DNA of 63,544 bases, filler included, from Octopus bimaculoides (taxonomy: Eukaryota), in NCBI RefSeq assembly GCF_001194135.2. It is 5 parts of 4 records of this genome, joined end to end, with 100 filler letters (N's around TTAATTAATTAA, not from the genome) between each part and the next. Parts side by side here need not be neighbours in the genome. Positions count along the whole stretch, not along the records: positions 1 to 14,966 come from NC_068990.1; positions 15,067 to 20,518 come from NC_068989.1; positions 20,619 to 31,929 come from NC_068988.1; 2 more parts are not named here. The stretch is one strand, 5' to 3'. Position numbers and translations under genes: made by a program. Below the pieces are notes generated by a model, which was given only the letters and a program-made list of their open reading frames with translations, made no database searches and was not told the DNA's origin. Positions 12,212 through 24,880 of the stretch are shown here, piece after piece (within the stretch, counting starts at the first letter, position 1; every line of letters begins with the position of its first letter).

Positions 12212-14723
12212 GTTTTATAGACATAGAAAGAAGAACAAGTCATCATTGCAGCCGATGTGGTTATAAACAGGTGATCCAGAAGCATTGGTCAGACATATTC
12301 TCAAACCATGGCAACATGATTCATAAACTTTTCTTCTCCTTTATTAGATAATGCTGACTTCAACAACAATGCTCACTTGGCTGATATCAGTGCTTGGCCA
12401 AGTTGCTCATAGAGTTAGGCTAGAAGGGCCAGGCCCTTATTTTTTTGCTAAGGCTGCTGGTAGGTTTTCCTAAGTTACTCCAATCTGGATCCCCAATGCA
12501 AACCTTCGAATCCACCTTCTCCAATGCGGATCTCTAATGAAACCTTATCCAATCCAAATCTTTCAGTCAACCTTCTTCACTGAGATTTTGGATCTTAAAA
12601 AAAAAAATAATAATAATAATAACAATAACAATAATAACAATAATAATAATAATAATAATAATGATAATAATAATAATAGTCAAACATTTTGATTTGAATT
12701 TCAGGTTCAAATAATCTGTATTCTGATATTAGTTCTTTCTGGATTGAATGAATGCAGTGACACAACGTCTTGTTTATCACCTTCCTACAATAAATATCTT
12801 GGTGAATTTAATCATTTAGAAGGAAATGAACAATTTGCTTGTGAAACGTGAGTAGAACATTCATTTCATTTATTGTTGAACACTTTCAATCTTTATATTC
12901 TTTTATCTTTTACTTGTTTCATTCATTAGACTGTGACCATGCTGGGGCACTGCTTTGAAATTTCTGGCTTATCGTTTAATGTCTGCTCTCCATGCTGGCA
13001 TGGGTTGGACAGTTTGACATGGAGCTAGCCGGCCAGGGAGCTGTCCAGATTCCAACTGTCTGTTGTGGCATGGTTTTAATGGCAGGATACCATTCCTTAT
13101 GCCAACCGCTTAGCAGAGTGTGATGGGTGCTTTTTACGTGCCACAGGCATGGTTGCATTAATGCAGCACCTATGCAGGTGCCTTTTAAGTGGCACCAGCA
13201 TTTGAAGGACAAGCCTGTATTTGTGGAACACAGTGAATTTATTTAGCTTGACAAGATCTGACGCAGATCCTGTCAAACTATTCCACCCATGCTAGCATGC
13301 AAGACAGATGTTAAAAGAAATATATAAGAAGAATATAAACTTCTCAAACAGACATTAGTTAAAAAACACATACCTCTCTTCAGAATGTTGATGGTGCATG
13401 GTCAGACATGGTGTTTTTGATTGAGTTTCATTTCTTGGACTTTCACAGCTAAACCAGAAAATATTAGTTTGATATATTTGTTCAGTACAGAAATCGATAA
13501 ACAAAACATTCATTGATTCCTGTATTGGAATAAATATTTGTATGAGAAGTTTCTCTGACTTAAAACTTTACAGTCAGTGTTCTTTTACGTTTGTACATTA
13601 TTGTATGTCACGTCAGTCACTACATTGATGCGACTATCAGACGTCATTACACACTACTGGTTACATTGCATTTCTTTGCATTGTTGTATCTTTCAAACAG
13701 TACCATCCTACTAATGGCTAGGCAGGCAGGCCAACACTCACCCACAGTTGAGTGAACAGGAGAATTGTGAAATGAAGTGTTTTGCTCAAGAACATAAATC
13801 ACTGCCAGTCTGGGAATTGAAACCACAATTTTGTAATCATAAGTGCAGCACCCTAACCACTAAGTCACACATCTTCCCCATTTGTATATACACCATAAAT
13901 GTTATTCACTTCATTATTTTAATGTGAACTTGTTTCAAATGGGAAAGAATTGAAACAGACTTATACATTCATCTATGATCAACACTGATGAAAATTAATC
14001 CAGTTTAAATTTTTTCTTTCTTTCTAGGAAGTTCTCTTTGTACGTCAAAGAAACTATAAAGGATACAGACAACAAGATTAAATACCTTGCAGAAATTAAT
14101 AAAACATTCCAAAAAATAAAAGTAGGAATGTGTAAAATGTAGGTATCTAATATTTATTTTGTAAGGTTAAGAATAATAAATATTTCTTATGAAATATTAA
14201 ATTTTATACTAATGATGTATAAGAAAATATTTTTTGTTGTTGTTTACGCTTTGCATTTCACATCATGAATAGCTAATTCCGATGAAACAAGGTAAGTTGT
14301 CTGTTTCAGATACAGCAAGATTAATATCACCATCATCAATTAACGTCCATTATCCATGCTGGCATGGGTTGGACGGTTTGACTGAGCTGCACCAGACTCC
14401 GGTCTGATTTGGCATGGTTTTCTACGGCTGGATGCCCTTCCTAACATTAACCACTGTGAGAGTGTAATGGGTGCCATGGGTGTCATTTGCGTGACACCTG
14501 GGTGTGTTTACGATGGGTCTTCTTCTCAAGCAATATGTGTTTACAAAACATATTGCACTTAACATACATATATATGTGTGTATGTATGTGCAATACAAGA
14601 GTGTTTTCACAACTCCATTGGGACACTTGCAAGTAGCTATGCCTGATGAGTTCTTTGGCACCACAGATCTAGACAACAAAATGGCAATTATGTCAGCAAA
14701 GGTCATGGAGCACATTATCAGGA

Positions 14724-14761
<38 letters not shown>

Positions 14762-14908
14762 TTTAAATTTGAAATTTTAATTGCTGATATGACATTTGTC
14801 CTTTTGGTTGTAAAATAAACAGATTAATCAACAGAGTACAGTATCTGCAAGTTGATGAGTACCTCATATTCTCCTCCATTTTCTTATTGCTCTCTCTCTC
14901 TCTCTATG

Positions 14909-14939
<31 letters not shown>

Positions 14940-15066
14940 TTTGCAAGATTTTTGATGTGAAATCGTNNNNNNNNNNNNNNNNNNNNNNNNNNNNNNNNNN
15001 NNNNNNNNNNTTAATTAATTAANNNNNNNNNNNNNNNNNNNNNNNNNNNNNNNNNNNNNNNNNNNN

Positions 15067-15107
<41 letters not shown>

Positions 15108-15287
15108 CATACATACATACGACGGGCTTCTTTCAGTTTCCGTCTACCAAATCCACTCACAAGGCTTTGGTCGGTCCGAGGCTACAATAGAAGACACTTG
15201 CCCTAGGAGCCACGCAGTGGGACTGAACCCGGAACCATGTGGTTGGTAAGCACACTACTTACCACACAGCCACTCCTGCGCCTATAT

Positions 15288-17357
15288 CCTGATGTTGTTG
15301 ATTGGAGATGTGTCTAGTGAGGCTTTGTACTGTTCCAAGTAATGCCGATTTTTGCAATACACTTAGATTGTAAGGTATTTCTAAAATTTTTTTTTCAGGT
15401 TGGGTGGTATTGAATCCAATGCTCGGATGACAACAGGGATAATCTTTATGTTTGACTCTCCTAGCTAACACATCTTAGCGATCTCAGTTCTGAGGTTTCC
15501 ATATTTATCAAACTTTTCTTTTTCTTTCATGATGATATGTTGATAATATGTTCATCTCCTGCACTGCCACATCGATTATTAGGCACTCCAGTTTGTTCCT
15601 CCTAAAGGTTACTATGTCCGTCTTTCGATGCTCTAATACCTGGTCTGTCTGGAAGTCAAATTCCCAGAGGATTTTTGCCTTCTCCTTTGTCCATTACCTT
15701 TTCCCATGTATGTTGGTAGCAAACACCCGTTACCTCGTATCCATACATTCCGCATAGTACCCAGTCGAGATTTTGGGTAAATTGCCGTGTCTGCGCTTGT
15801 ACTCCTTCTGCGCAAGACTTTCAGGAGCACTAACAATGTAAGTTACGCTTTCGACTCTGTTCTCACACATTCTGCAGAGGTTCGTTGCACTTGCATGGTA
15901 TATATCCCTTTTCACTGAGTTGCTATTCAATGCCTGATCCTGGGCAGCGATGATTAAGCTTTCAGTATTCTTTTGTAGGTCACGCTTGCTGAACCACCTC
16001 CATGATGGTTCTTGGTCTTTAATTTTGTTAGTTTCAAGGTAGAACTGACCATGTAATTCTATGCGGAGTATAGTTTTTTTCTCTCTCCTTACCTGTTCAT
16101 GATCGGAATTCATTTTCTGTAAATCCTTCTGCATTACCAGTATACTGTAGCAGGTCTTGTTTTCTGTTTACCAAATATTCTGCTATGTTTCTTCTTTCAC
16201 TGATAATGCACTGCCGTACGCTAATCAGCCCACGTTCACCTTTACACCTCTTCATGTAGAGCCTGTGTACATTCGTCTAAGGTGGGGGACACCATGCATT
16301 GCCATTGCCTTTCGGGTAGTACGATCGAGTTGGTTAAATTCCGCTTGAGTCCGTTTCAGGATGGGTGCACAATAGCTGACTACAACAATAACACATATAT
16401 TGATGGCAGTTGCAAAGTTCCTTGAGTTGAGTTTTGATTTCAAGAGGAGTTTGAGGCGTTTGAATTTGTCTTTTATTTCGCTGTGCAAGATATTCTCCAG
16501 CTCCAGGATCCCAAGGTACTTGTACCCATCATCATCCGGGTGTTGTATTCTCTCCTCTTTTGGGAATTCTATGCCCCTACAATCTGGTCTTTTCTCCTGT
16601 TTCAAAGTGAGCACCGCACACTTCGAAATACCGAACTTCCATCCCTATATCTTTGCTGCACATTTGCACAGTCTCAACCAGCCTCTCCACTTCAGACTCT
16701 AATTTTGCGAACAGTTTAAAATCATCTATTAAGAGAAGGTGGTTGAGACGAGGTCCATTCTTTCTCAGCTCATAGTGCGCGTTGACTTTACGTAGGACCA
16801 TAGAAAGTGGGATCAAGTCTATAACAAATAACAACGGTGGACAAGAATCTCCCTGAAAAATACCTCTTTTGATTGTTACCTTAGCTAACTGCTAGTTGTT
16901 GCAGAAAAGACATGTTTTCCAACTAAGCATGATGTCCTTAATCAGTTCACATGCGTTCGTTCTCAGCTATTCTACACATGTCGAGTGTTTCCAAAATCCA
17001 CGAATGCGGCAACATGTCGTAAGTCTTATTAAAGTCTATCGACGCCATGCACAAGTTTTTTTTTTGGTACCGTTTGCTGTTCTTCATTACAACGTTGTCT
17101 ATCACAAGGTGGTCCTTGGTACCCTTGGATCATTTTCGGCATCCTTTCTTTTCTACTGGCAGTAGATTCTTTTCAGCAAGGAACGTATACATTTACTCAG
17201 CGTGGATGTCTCTTAACACTTTCCATGGAAAGTTAAGACAAGCAATGGATCGGCAATTGCCAATCTCATTACCCGTTGACCAATCTTTCTCCAACAATGT
17301 TGTCTTTCCCTCTACAATCCACTCCGAGACTGCACTACTCTGTAGGCAATTGTCTAT
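15288..17357 (-). mobile_element. R4/Dong-type (RLE) non-LTR retrotransposon, 5'-truncated, frameshifted
   Basis: RT segments (KGTKDHLVID, HLLLIDDFKLFAK, YKYLGILE), ESLIIAAQDQAL..CRMC zinc knuckle, KEYKRRH, and C-terminal LQKSALLGT. Confidence 0.9.
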
Positions 17358-17372
17358 TTTTATTATTATTAT

Positions 17373-17693
17373 TGTTCAGTAGTTTTATTTTTATAACGTG
17401 CTTTCACTTCACTACCGAGCGCAGCTCTGTGCGCCTTGGGTACGTGCTGTGGTTTGCTGTGGTGCTCTTATGTTTACTGTATTGAAAGTGTTTTGCGTAG
17501 AATGTGTGCAGTACCCAGTAGTGCAATTTTCTGTATGTTATATATATTTGTAAGTCCTGGTGTTTTTGTTATGTATTTGTCTATATTTACATTATTTTTC
17601 TTCCATATTTTATATGTATGTGTTGTTGCGTTTTCGTTTTTTGGGTAGAGCACTGCTGTGAAATAGGCGTGTAGGATCCAAATGTGTTCCTCA
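17373..17693 (-). mobile_element. 3' end (ORF end + 3'UTR) of a second R4/Dong-type element
   Basis: Minus strand reads IQKIALLGTAHILRKTLSIQ*, then a 3'UTR ending in (AAT)n at 17359-17372. Confidence 0.8.
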
Positions 17694-18086
17694 NNNNNNN
17701 NNNNNNNNNNNNNNNNNNNNNNNNNNNNNNNNNNNNNNNNNNNNNNNNNNNNNNNNNNNNNNNNNNNNNNNNNNNNNNNNNNNNNNNNNNNNNNNNNNNN
17801 NNNNNNNNNNNNNNNNNNNNNNNNNNNNNNNNNNNNNNNNNNNNNNNNNNNNNNNNNNNNNNNNNNNNNNNNNGATGTAACACGTGTGTTTACGATCGCT
17901 GTTCGGGTAGTGGAGGTATCAAGTTAAAATACATCATTATATTTGGAAAAATAGGAATAAATTTCAATGAGTATTACTTACTCGGGTATAGTCCAACCCT
18001 TTGTCAGCTATTTTTTGGCTCCATGCGATGTCTTTATTTCCGATGTTTTTGGATAAGTTTCGGAGCAGTGATTTATCGTACTCACA

Positions 18087-18180
18087 TGTTAAACTTCCCC
18101 GGTGTCTTCTGTTAAACTTCCGCGGTGTCTTCTCTGTTAAACTTCCCCGGTGTCTTCTCTGTTAAACTTCCCCGGTGTCT
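18087..18180. repeat. Minisatellite, 4 copies of a 23-25 bp unit
   Basis: TGTTAAACTTCCCCGGTGTCTTC(TC) repeated head to tail. Confidence 0.9.
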
Positions 18181-18635
18181 TTATTATTATTATTATTATT
18201 ATTATTATTGGTTTCAAGCGGAAGGACGTGTCTTCGGAAGCTGTGAGATTTTGCCCAATTTTCATCGAAAATTTTATCCGCTTTTCTAAAGGCTCCAAAC
18301 ACTTCCGGCAAATCAAATCAAATTTTCACCCTTTTCTCGTTCCCGCCGACTCTCGGCTAGTGAAGTATCCTCTTTGTACACTCTTTACTGTACCCAAAAT
18401 CTCCTCCTGTGACTCATGGTAGATTCATCTTGAGATAATGATGACATTAAATTTGCATGTATACTTTCCTAACATTTAACAGTTTTTCGTAGTATCTGTT
18501 GCCATTAATAGCCGAAGAGAATGTATTGTAGCTGTTCGCTCCGGCATTCGAAGCTCCGAGTACTATAATGATAACCTTTTACTGTTTGTTCTAACTTATA
18601 CCACACATACACACACACACACACACAAACAGGCA

Positions 18636-18710
<75 letters not shown>

Positions 18711-20437
18711 TATATATATATATTTCACAAGGCTTACAACGAAATTTAAATAGATATAAAGAATTTATCATAGTAAGTTTGGTAATTACTTTAATATGTA
18801 AGAATATATCACTATGTAATTTTATGAGATGTCTACTAAAGTTAAGTAGTTCATGGCTACACCAATTCAGCGACGTATGAAATTGTTGTATCAAGCAATG
18901 ACTCTAGAATATATATTCGTCCGATTTTGTGCATTTCAATACACATTTATTCATCTACAATCTTCAATTGAGCTAGAATATTTCCCACTTTTTTCTGAAT
19001 TTAAGATATTACTTTGTGCTTCATGTTATAGCAGTACTTCTGGTATGATTTACAACATTTAGTGTTGGCGCTTACTTTAATATGTATTTTCTATACGGAT
19101 TACAACATTTCCATTATTCCCTTGAAGATTTATTTTACATATTTATATAATCACATATAGAAACTGCTTATAATCATATATTTCTTTCTCTCTTTGGAGT
19201 TGAAATATACATTGATAGCTATGTATCGCTAAGGAGGTCCAGTAATGCAGAAATATGCCCAGACGTTTCCTCCCTGTCTGCATCAAACTATTACCCTTAC
19301 CACTGCAATCATTATTTTCAGTCTTGAATAGTTGGAAAGTGCGTCAACCCATTTCAGTTTCTTTATATCCTGAGTTGTGGGTGTTACTTTTGTTTGGTTG
19401 AATTTAATTATTGATCAATAATATTTTACTGTCCTTTATGCAAATATAGTTTTCAATAACTTTAAGTTGTCATTACACAGCATTTCCTCTACAATTTTTG
19501 AATCTTCAACCATCTGCAAAATCAGACGGAAAAAAAATCTCAATAGCTGAAAAATGAATAGGTAGTTAAACATATTGTTATACCGATAAATAGTAGTAGG
19601 GGAAACAGAAAGAAGGCAAGAAATAGCTGATACTAAAAAAGAAGTATTGGTCGGAAAATATTTCTTAATGGTTTTTTGTTATCTCATTATTACCATATAT
19701 AAAACATGGATGAGATACACAGACTCACTCACGTAAGAAAAGGGAAAAGAATAGATAAAAAACAGTTCTTATTAAATCATATCATTTAGATTCGGTAAAA
19801 TTGAAAATGAATATATGTAGAAAAAAAAGAAAAAAAAGAAAAATTGTGATAGTATTTTCGATATATGGGTCCAAGTAAAAGAGATGCCATTAATAATACT
19901 TATATTAAAACACAATAAATGTAACGTTTGTTTCTAGATATATAATAGTGAATATCTAATCTAATATATCTTAAATTCGAGAGATTAAGGTAGAAATTTT
20001 TCATTGCTTTCCTGTCTTAAATGTTCCGAAAACATATATACACATACATACATACACACGTACATATATACATACATAGATACATGCATGCATACACACA
20101 CAGACACACATATATGTATATTTAAGTACATACAAATTATGTATGTATATATACCCTCGCATCACACCACGCACACACTACAACTGACCAACTACTTTCT
20201 CCCTTCCTCCCTTCCCCATTTTCACACTACATACGTCAAGATCACCAGCATTCTACCTCCCACACACAGCCCCTCGTTCCCGATCACCGTTTGTTATCTC
20301 CCCCTTTCTTAGCTCTCCTGAAAAAAGAATTTCTAACTTCCGGTCAGCCATTGTTATGATCGGCCATTATTATGATTGACCGTTGACTGAACACTATTCA
20401 ATTTTTTTTCTCCGTGTTTTTCTCCTTGTCTCCGTAT

Positions 20438-20474
20438 TCTTTCTGTTGAAGAGCGTAGCTCGAAACGTCAAAGA
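20438..20474 (+). ncRNA. Minimal type-I hammerhead ribozyme-like motif
   Basis: TCTTT-CTGTTGA-A-GAGC(GTA)GCTC-GAAAC-GTC-AAAGA: helix I (5 bp), helix II (4 bp), GUC triplet; core reads CUGUUGA rather than CUGANGA. Confidence 0.65.
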
Positions 20475-21779
20475 CTTTCCGTATTCCCGAGCGTCATACT
20501 AATATATCCTTTTGTTATNNNNNNNNNNNNNNNNNNNNNNNNNNNNNNNNNNNNNNNNNNNNTTAATTAATTAANNNNNNNNNNNNNNNNNNNNNNNNNN
20601 NNNNNNNNNNNNNNNNNNGCTGTCTGCTACCTGCTGGCGCTGACTAACGCCCTTTCCCTCTTTCTTTACGGAAATTGCCGAATTGATGTAAACAAAGACA
20701 TGTTGACCAGCTGACAGGCAGTTGACAACCAGCATACTACTATCGAATGATCGCCAAAAATTATTGACTGGAGCTATCGAAAGAAACTAAAATATCTTGA
20801 AGTAAAGGATTACATAACCTGTTAAAACTAAGATCCACAGCAGCTAATATGAGCTACGAGTTAGCACAGCGGTGAATTGGTAAATATTTTCGCACCAAAT
20901 CACAAACTTGCAATTTCATAGATCAAGCAATCCGGGAAGGCAACTACAGTGAAAAATACCTATAATAATAAAAGCGAAATTCTGTCTGTCCGCCTGGGAC
21001 CCCTGTATCTCAGTCTACATTTGCTCTACATAGACATGTACCTTTTTAGAATCAGGATGATCGCGGGACTGAAAATCTGCCCTTCATTTGGTTCTTGAAA
21101 TCTGGCATTGGGATCTGATTTAAAAGTATTTGTGTTGCTATTTCTAGCAGGTAAAGCTTGGCTGATTATCGCCATCTTGGTTGGTTTTTGTCAGATGACG
21201 TCAGAGATCAAGGGGGAGATAAATGACATTCGCTTCGTCAATTTTACGTCGAGATAAGAACTTTGGGACAAATTAGCCAACAGTTGGAATTCAACTTAGG
21301 ACTGGAACAATAGAATGATTGCATTACAGAATTAATTCTCATCCGTCCTTAACCTCTGATCAGACATCACCAGGACATGCAGCCATTATAGGCGTATTAT
21401 AGTCATGCTATTTATTTCTCTTTAGTTTGGGCCGCAAGCCCAATTATCCCGCCAAAGGAGCTAGCCTAAAAGTCTGTACAGAGTGCGACTTTTAAGTTAG
21501 TATTAGATATATCAGTACTTACTGGAACAGTGCATCTCAAACTACATAAAGCTATAAATAATAGCATGTAAATGTTGGGTTGGAAAACCCTTTCGGATAG
21601 AAAACGTCGAAGGCTGTCTGTGGACCTTGTTATAGAATTCCTGTCATGTCTACAGGAAATGTGAATTGTGTCCCACGCGCAGCTTTTGAGCTTTTGACTT
21701 TTTTCTTCCAAAAGGGTTTTTTTTCAATCCAATATTCACAAGCTACTATTTATAGCTTGATGTGCTTCGAGATCCACTA

Positions 21780-21829
<50 letters not shown>

Positions 21830-22294
21830 CATAAACACAATTATATTATACACACATATGACATGTTTCTGCCTACCAAATTCCTTTACNNNNNNNNNNN
21901 NNNNNNNNNNNNNNNNNNNNNNNNNNNNNNNNNNNNNNNNNNNNNNNNNNNNNNNNNNNNNNNNNNNNNNNNNNNNNNNNNNNNNNNNNNNNNNNNNNNN
22001 NNNNNNNNNNNNNNNNNNNNNNNNNNNNNNNNNNNNNNNNNNNNNNNNNNNNNNNNNNNNNNNNNNNNNNNNNNNNNNNNNNNNNNNNNNNNNNNNNNNN
22101 NNNNNNNNNNNNNNNNNNNNNNNNNNNNNNNNNNNNNNNNNNNNNNNNNNNNNNNNNNNNNNNNNNNNNNNNNNNNNNNNNNNNNNNNNNNNNNNNNNNN
22201 NNNNNNNNNNNNTCATCATCATCGTCATCACCCTCATCATCATCATCGTCGTCGTCGTCGTCGTCGTCATCATCATCATCATCATCATTGTGCA

Positions 22295-22945
22295 TTTCAC
22301 TTCTCAGAGCTCTCGATTTCACTTGCTCCGACTAATTCTAAGTAAGAGCGAACAACACCTGTTGTCAATAGTCTCACGAGGGGTCTTCTCCAACAATACT
22401 TAACATCCAAGTTCCAATCTTAAAAGCCTCACTAATCTCAGTAAAACAGTTTTCTGAACATGTTCTACCCACATGTCAATCCCAATTTCCCCCAACAAAC
22501 TCCTTAAACTTAGTTGTTAGTGCTTCTAACACCCCCAGCAACTATTGTACTGACAGTTACTTCGATCATTGACCACATTCGCGCAATCTCATCTTTTAGT
22601 GGCTTGTACTTCTCAGCTTTTTTCTAGTTCTTGATCATCCCACTTGCACATCCTCGGGTATGGCAATATCTATGATCTTGGTTTTCTTCATCATTTTATC
22701 AACTACAACAATGTCTGGTCTTCGAGCTTCAATCACTCAATCACACTGGATTGTAAAATTCCTCAAGATCTTATACTCACTATTTTCAGTGACATCTTCT
22801 GGCTTTATCTCATTTTAATAACCTGTCAAGATCGTCCTCCTCACGCAATCTCCAATGAACATACTTAGCTACGTCATCATGCCGCCTTTTGTATTTCTTT
22901 TGAGTCAATTTACTACACTCACTCACAATATGTGAGACTGTTTCA
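22295..22945 (-). mobile_element. R4/Dong-type RLE domain fragment
   Basis: Minus strand NFTIQCD..IEARRPDIVVVDK...IIDIAIP..EKYKPLKDEIARMW; flanked by (CAT)n/(TAT)n. Confidence 0.85.
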
Positions 22946-22969
22946 TCGTCATCGTCATCGTCATCATCA

Positions 22970-23046
<77 letters not shown>

Positions 23047-23099
23047 TCATATACGCACCACAAATTAAAATGTTGGAAAAAATTTCGAACATCGGGTAA

Positions 23100-23775
23100 C
23101 AAGTAACCTTAGATGCCAAGAACCTTCCTAAGTGTCCTAGCTGCCCCTAATAACACTGGAGCTGCACTAAACTAGGTTTTATGCCTATTTCTTCTATCCG
23201 TTTGTTCAAATCTTTAGGGATACTTCCTAATGCACCTATAACTACAGGGATATATTTTACCCGCATTCTCCACAGCCTCTGTAACTCAATGGTTAGGTCC
23301 AGGTACTTTGCTATTTTCTCTATGCCTTTCATATTGACTTTCTCAATCATATATCTGGCACTTTCTATTCCTGATGTCAACTACAATTAAAAGAGGCCTT
23401 TTAGCTTCTACTACTTTGTCAGTCTGAACGTTAAAAGCTCATATTTCTTACTTTCTGGCATTTTACTAGGTTCATGTTCATACCATTTATCATCGTGGTC
23501 AAATCCTAGCTTTCTACATAACTCCCAGTGGATTATTCTCCCTAAGATGTCATGTCTTTTCTTGTATTCTTTTTGTACCAACATGCTACATTTACTTACT
23601 ATACGAGTACACTTTCCTCTTTCGATTTGCATAACCTACATTGGGAATCTTACCTGGTTTTTTGTCTGTCTTGCCTTCTTTCCACTAAGTCCTCAATGCT
23701 TGATCATGTGTTGCTACTAACAAACTTTCTGTCTTTCTTTTCGGCCTTCCTTTCTGCAACCATAACCATGTCTCA
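23100..23775 (-). mobile_element. R4/Dong-type RLE domain fragment
   Basis: CSKCSMLVQKEYKKRHDILGRIIHWELCRKLG..KWYEH and LQRLWRMRVKYIPVVIGALG. Confidence 0.85.
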
Positions 23776-23779
23776 CTAT

Positions 23780-24290
23780 TACTATCATTCAACATTTGAT
23801 AGTTTCAGGCAGATTTCTACTGAATCACGTGCTACACCTCCGAGTTGCAGGGGTATGTGCAGCATTGTGTGTTCTTTTTTGTTGTTGGGGGAGTGCAAGC
23901 TCTTCCCAACATTGTATTGTGTCAGTTTGTTTTGTTATGAGGTCTGGTCGCAGTCTTTTGTTGTATTAGAGTCTGTATTGTGTGTTGTGTGTGTAATGCG
24001 AATTGTGTTCTTCTGTTGTGTATCCGGCCTATAGAATACATGTCGTGGTTGTTTATTTTATTGAATATTTACTGTATAGAGTGTGTCTTGTGTTTGTGGA
24101 TTGTTTTGTTTGTGTTGTATCATTGAATTCATAGTGTCTTGCATAGGATGTGGGCTGTTCCTGGTAGGGTTATTTTTTGGATAGTGTGTAGTATTGAGGG
24201 TCCAGATATGGCTTCTATGTTTTTGTGGAACCACTTCTTAATCAATATGGTACCCAGACCTACTCTGGCCTGGAATAGTAGCATCTGTCA
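23780..24290 (-). mobile_element. 3' end of another R4/Dong-type element
   Basis: Minus strand IQKITLPGTAHILCKTL*, then a CA-rich 3'UTR. Confidence 0.7.
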
Positions 24291-24742
24291 CTGGAGTCAG
24301 GGTTCAATTGAAATCATGGGATGCAGCATGGTAGATGTGAACCCTTTCGGCAGATGAACTTATTAAGTCAATGGTGAATATCACTAGACGCTGAGCGGAT
24401 GAACAAACAGCAAACTGCCAACGGTCAGGATCAGCCATTTCAGTTAGTGAGATACTTCTATCATATGCAGTCGTGGCATACGTAGATGAAATATTTCATC
24501 TAGCGAAAGACCAATGTGTCTAAAACCCAAGCCAGCCGTTCATGCTGCATCGCTCGATTGGGACGTCTGACATGGAGGAGTTGCATTAGTCAAGGCAAGT
24601 TTCCCGACCGATGATGATTTTTCATTTAAACGCATCTTGCTGTACAGTTGTTTTGTTGACATTTTCTTCCTGAAAGGCGGCGACTTAGCTGTTTCATCAT
24701 CACGCCTGACAAATTGCTTAAAACCATTTCGTCTATCTTTTA

Positions 24743-24880
24743 AGGCGGTGGGTTGGCAGAATCGTTAGCACGCAGGCAAAATACTTAGCGGCACTTCGTC
24801 TTAACATTCAGAGTTCAAATTCCGCCGAGGTTGACTTTACCTATCATCCTTTCGGGGTCGATAAAAATAAGTACTAGAAG
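24743..24880 (+). mobile_element. tRNA-derived SINE family C, representative copy
   Basis: GGCGG..TGGCAGAATCGTTAGCA...GAGTTCAAATTCCGCCGAGGT.GACTTT..TCATCCTTTCGGGGTCGATAAA. Other copies near 860-1010(-), 25080-25262(-), 39100-39290(+), 59590-59750(-). Confidence 0.8.

Noticed and set aside
14018-14120. Possible plus-strand exon KFSLYVKETIKDTDNKIKYLAEINK
   Set aside because: Weak donor, phase not compatible with neighbouring candidates, no recognisable protein.
15011-15022. Recurrent TTAATTAATTAA as a biological motif
   Set aside because: Always centred in exactly 44+44 Ns; an assembly linker.
18087-18180. 23-25 bp direct repeats resembling a CRISPR array
   Set aside because: Repeats are contiguous with no unique spacers; eukaryotic context and no cas genes.
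18230-19520. Minus-strand stretches with protein-like composition
   Set aside because: Multiple stops in every frame and no family motif I can name; left unannotated.
20960-21465. Possible non-autonomous Helitron (CTATAATAATAAAAG start, GGGC hairpin, CTAG)
   Set aside because: The 5' TC is absent and the hairpin-CTAG spacing is atypical; insufficient support.
21746-22403. ORFs over 150 aa with poly-His/Asp/Met tails
   Set aside because: Mostly N gap plus (CAT)n repeats.
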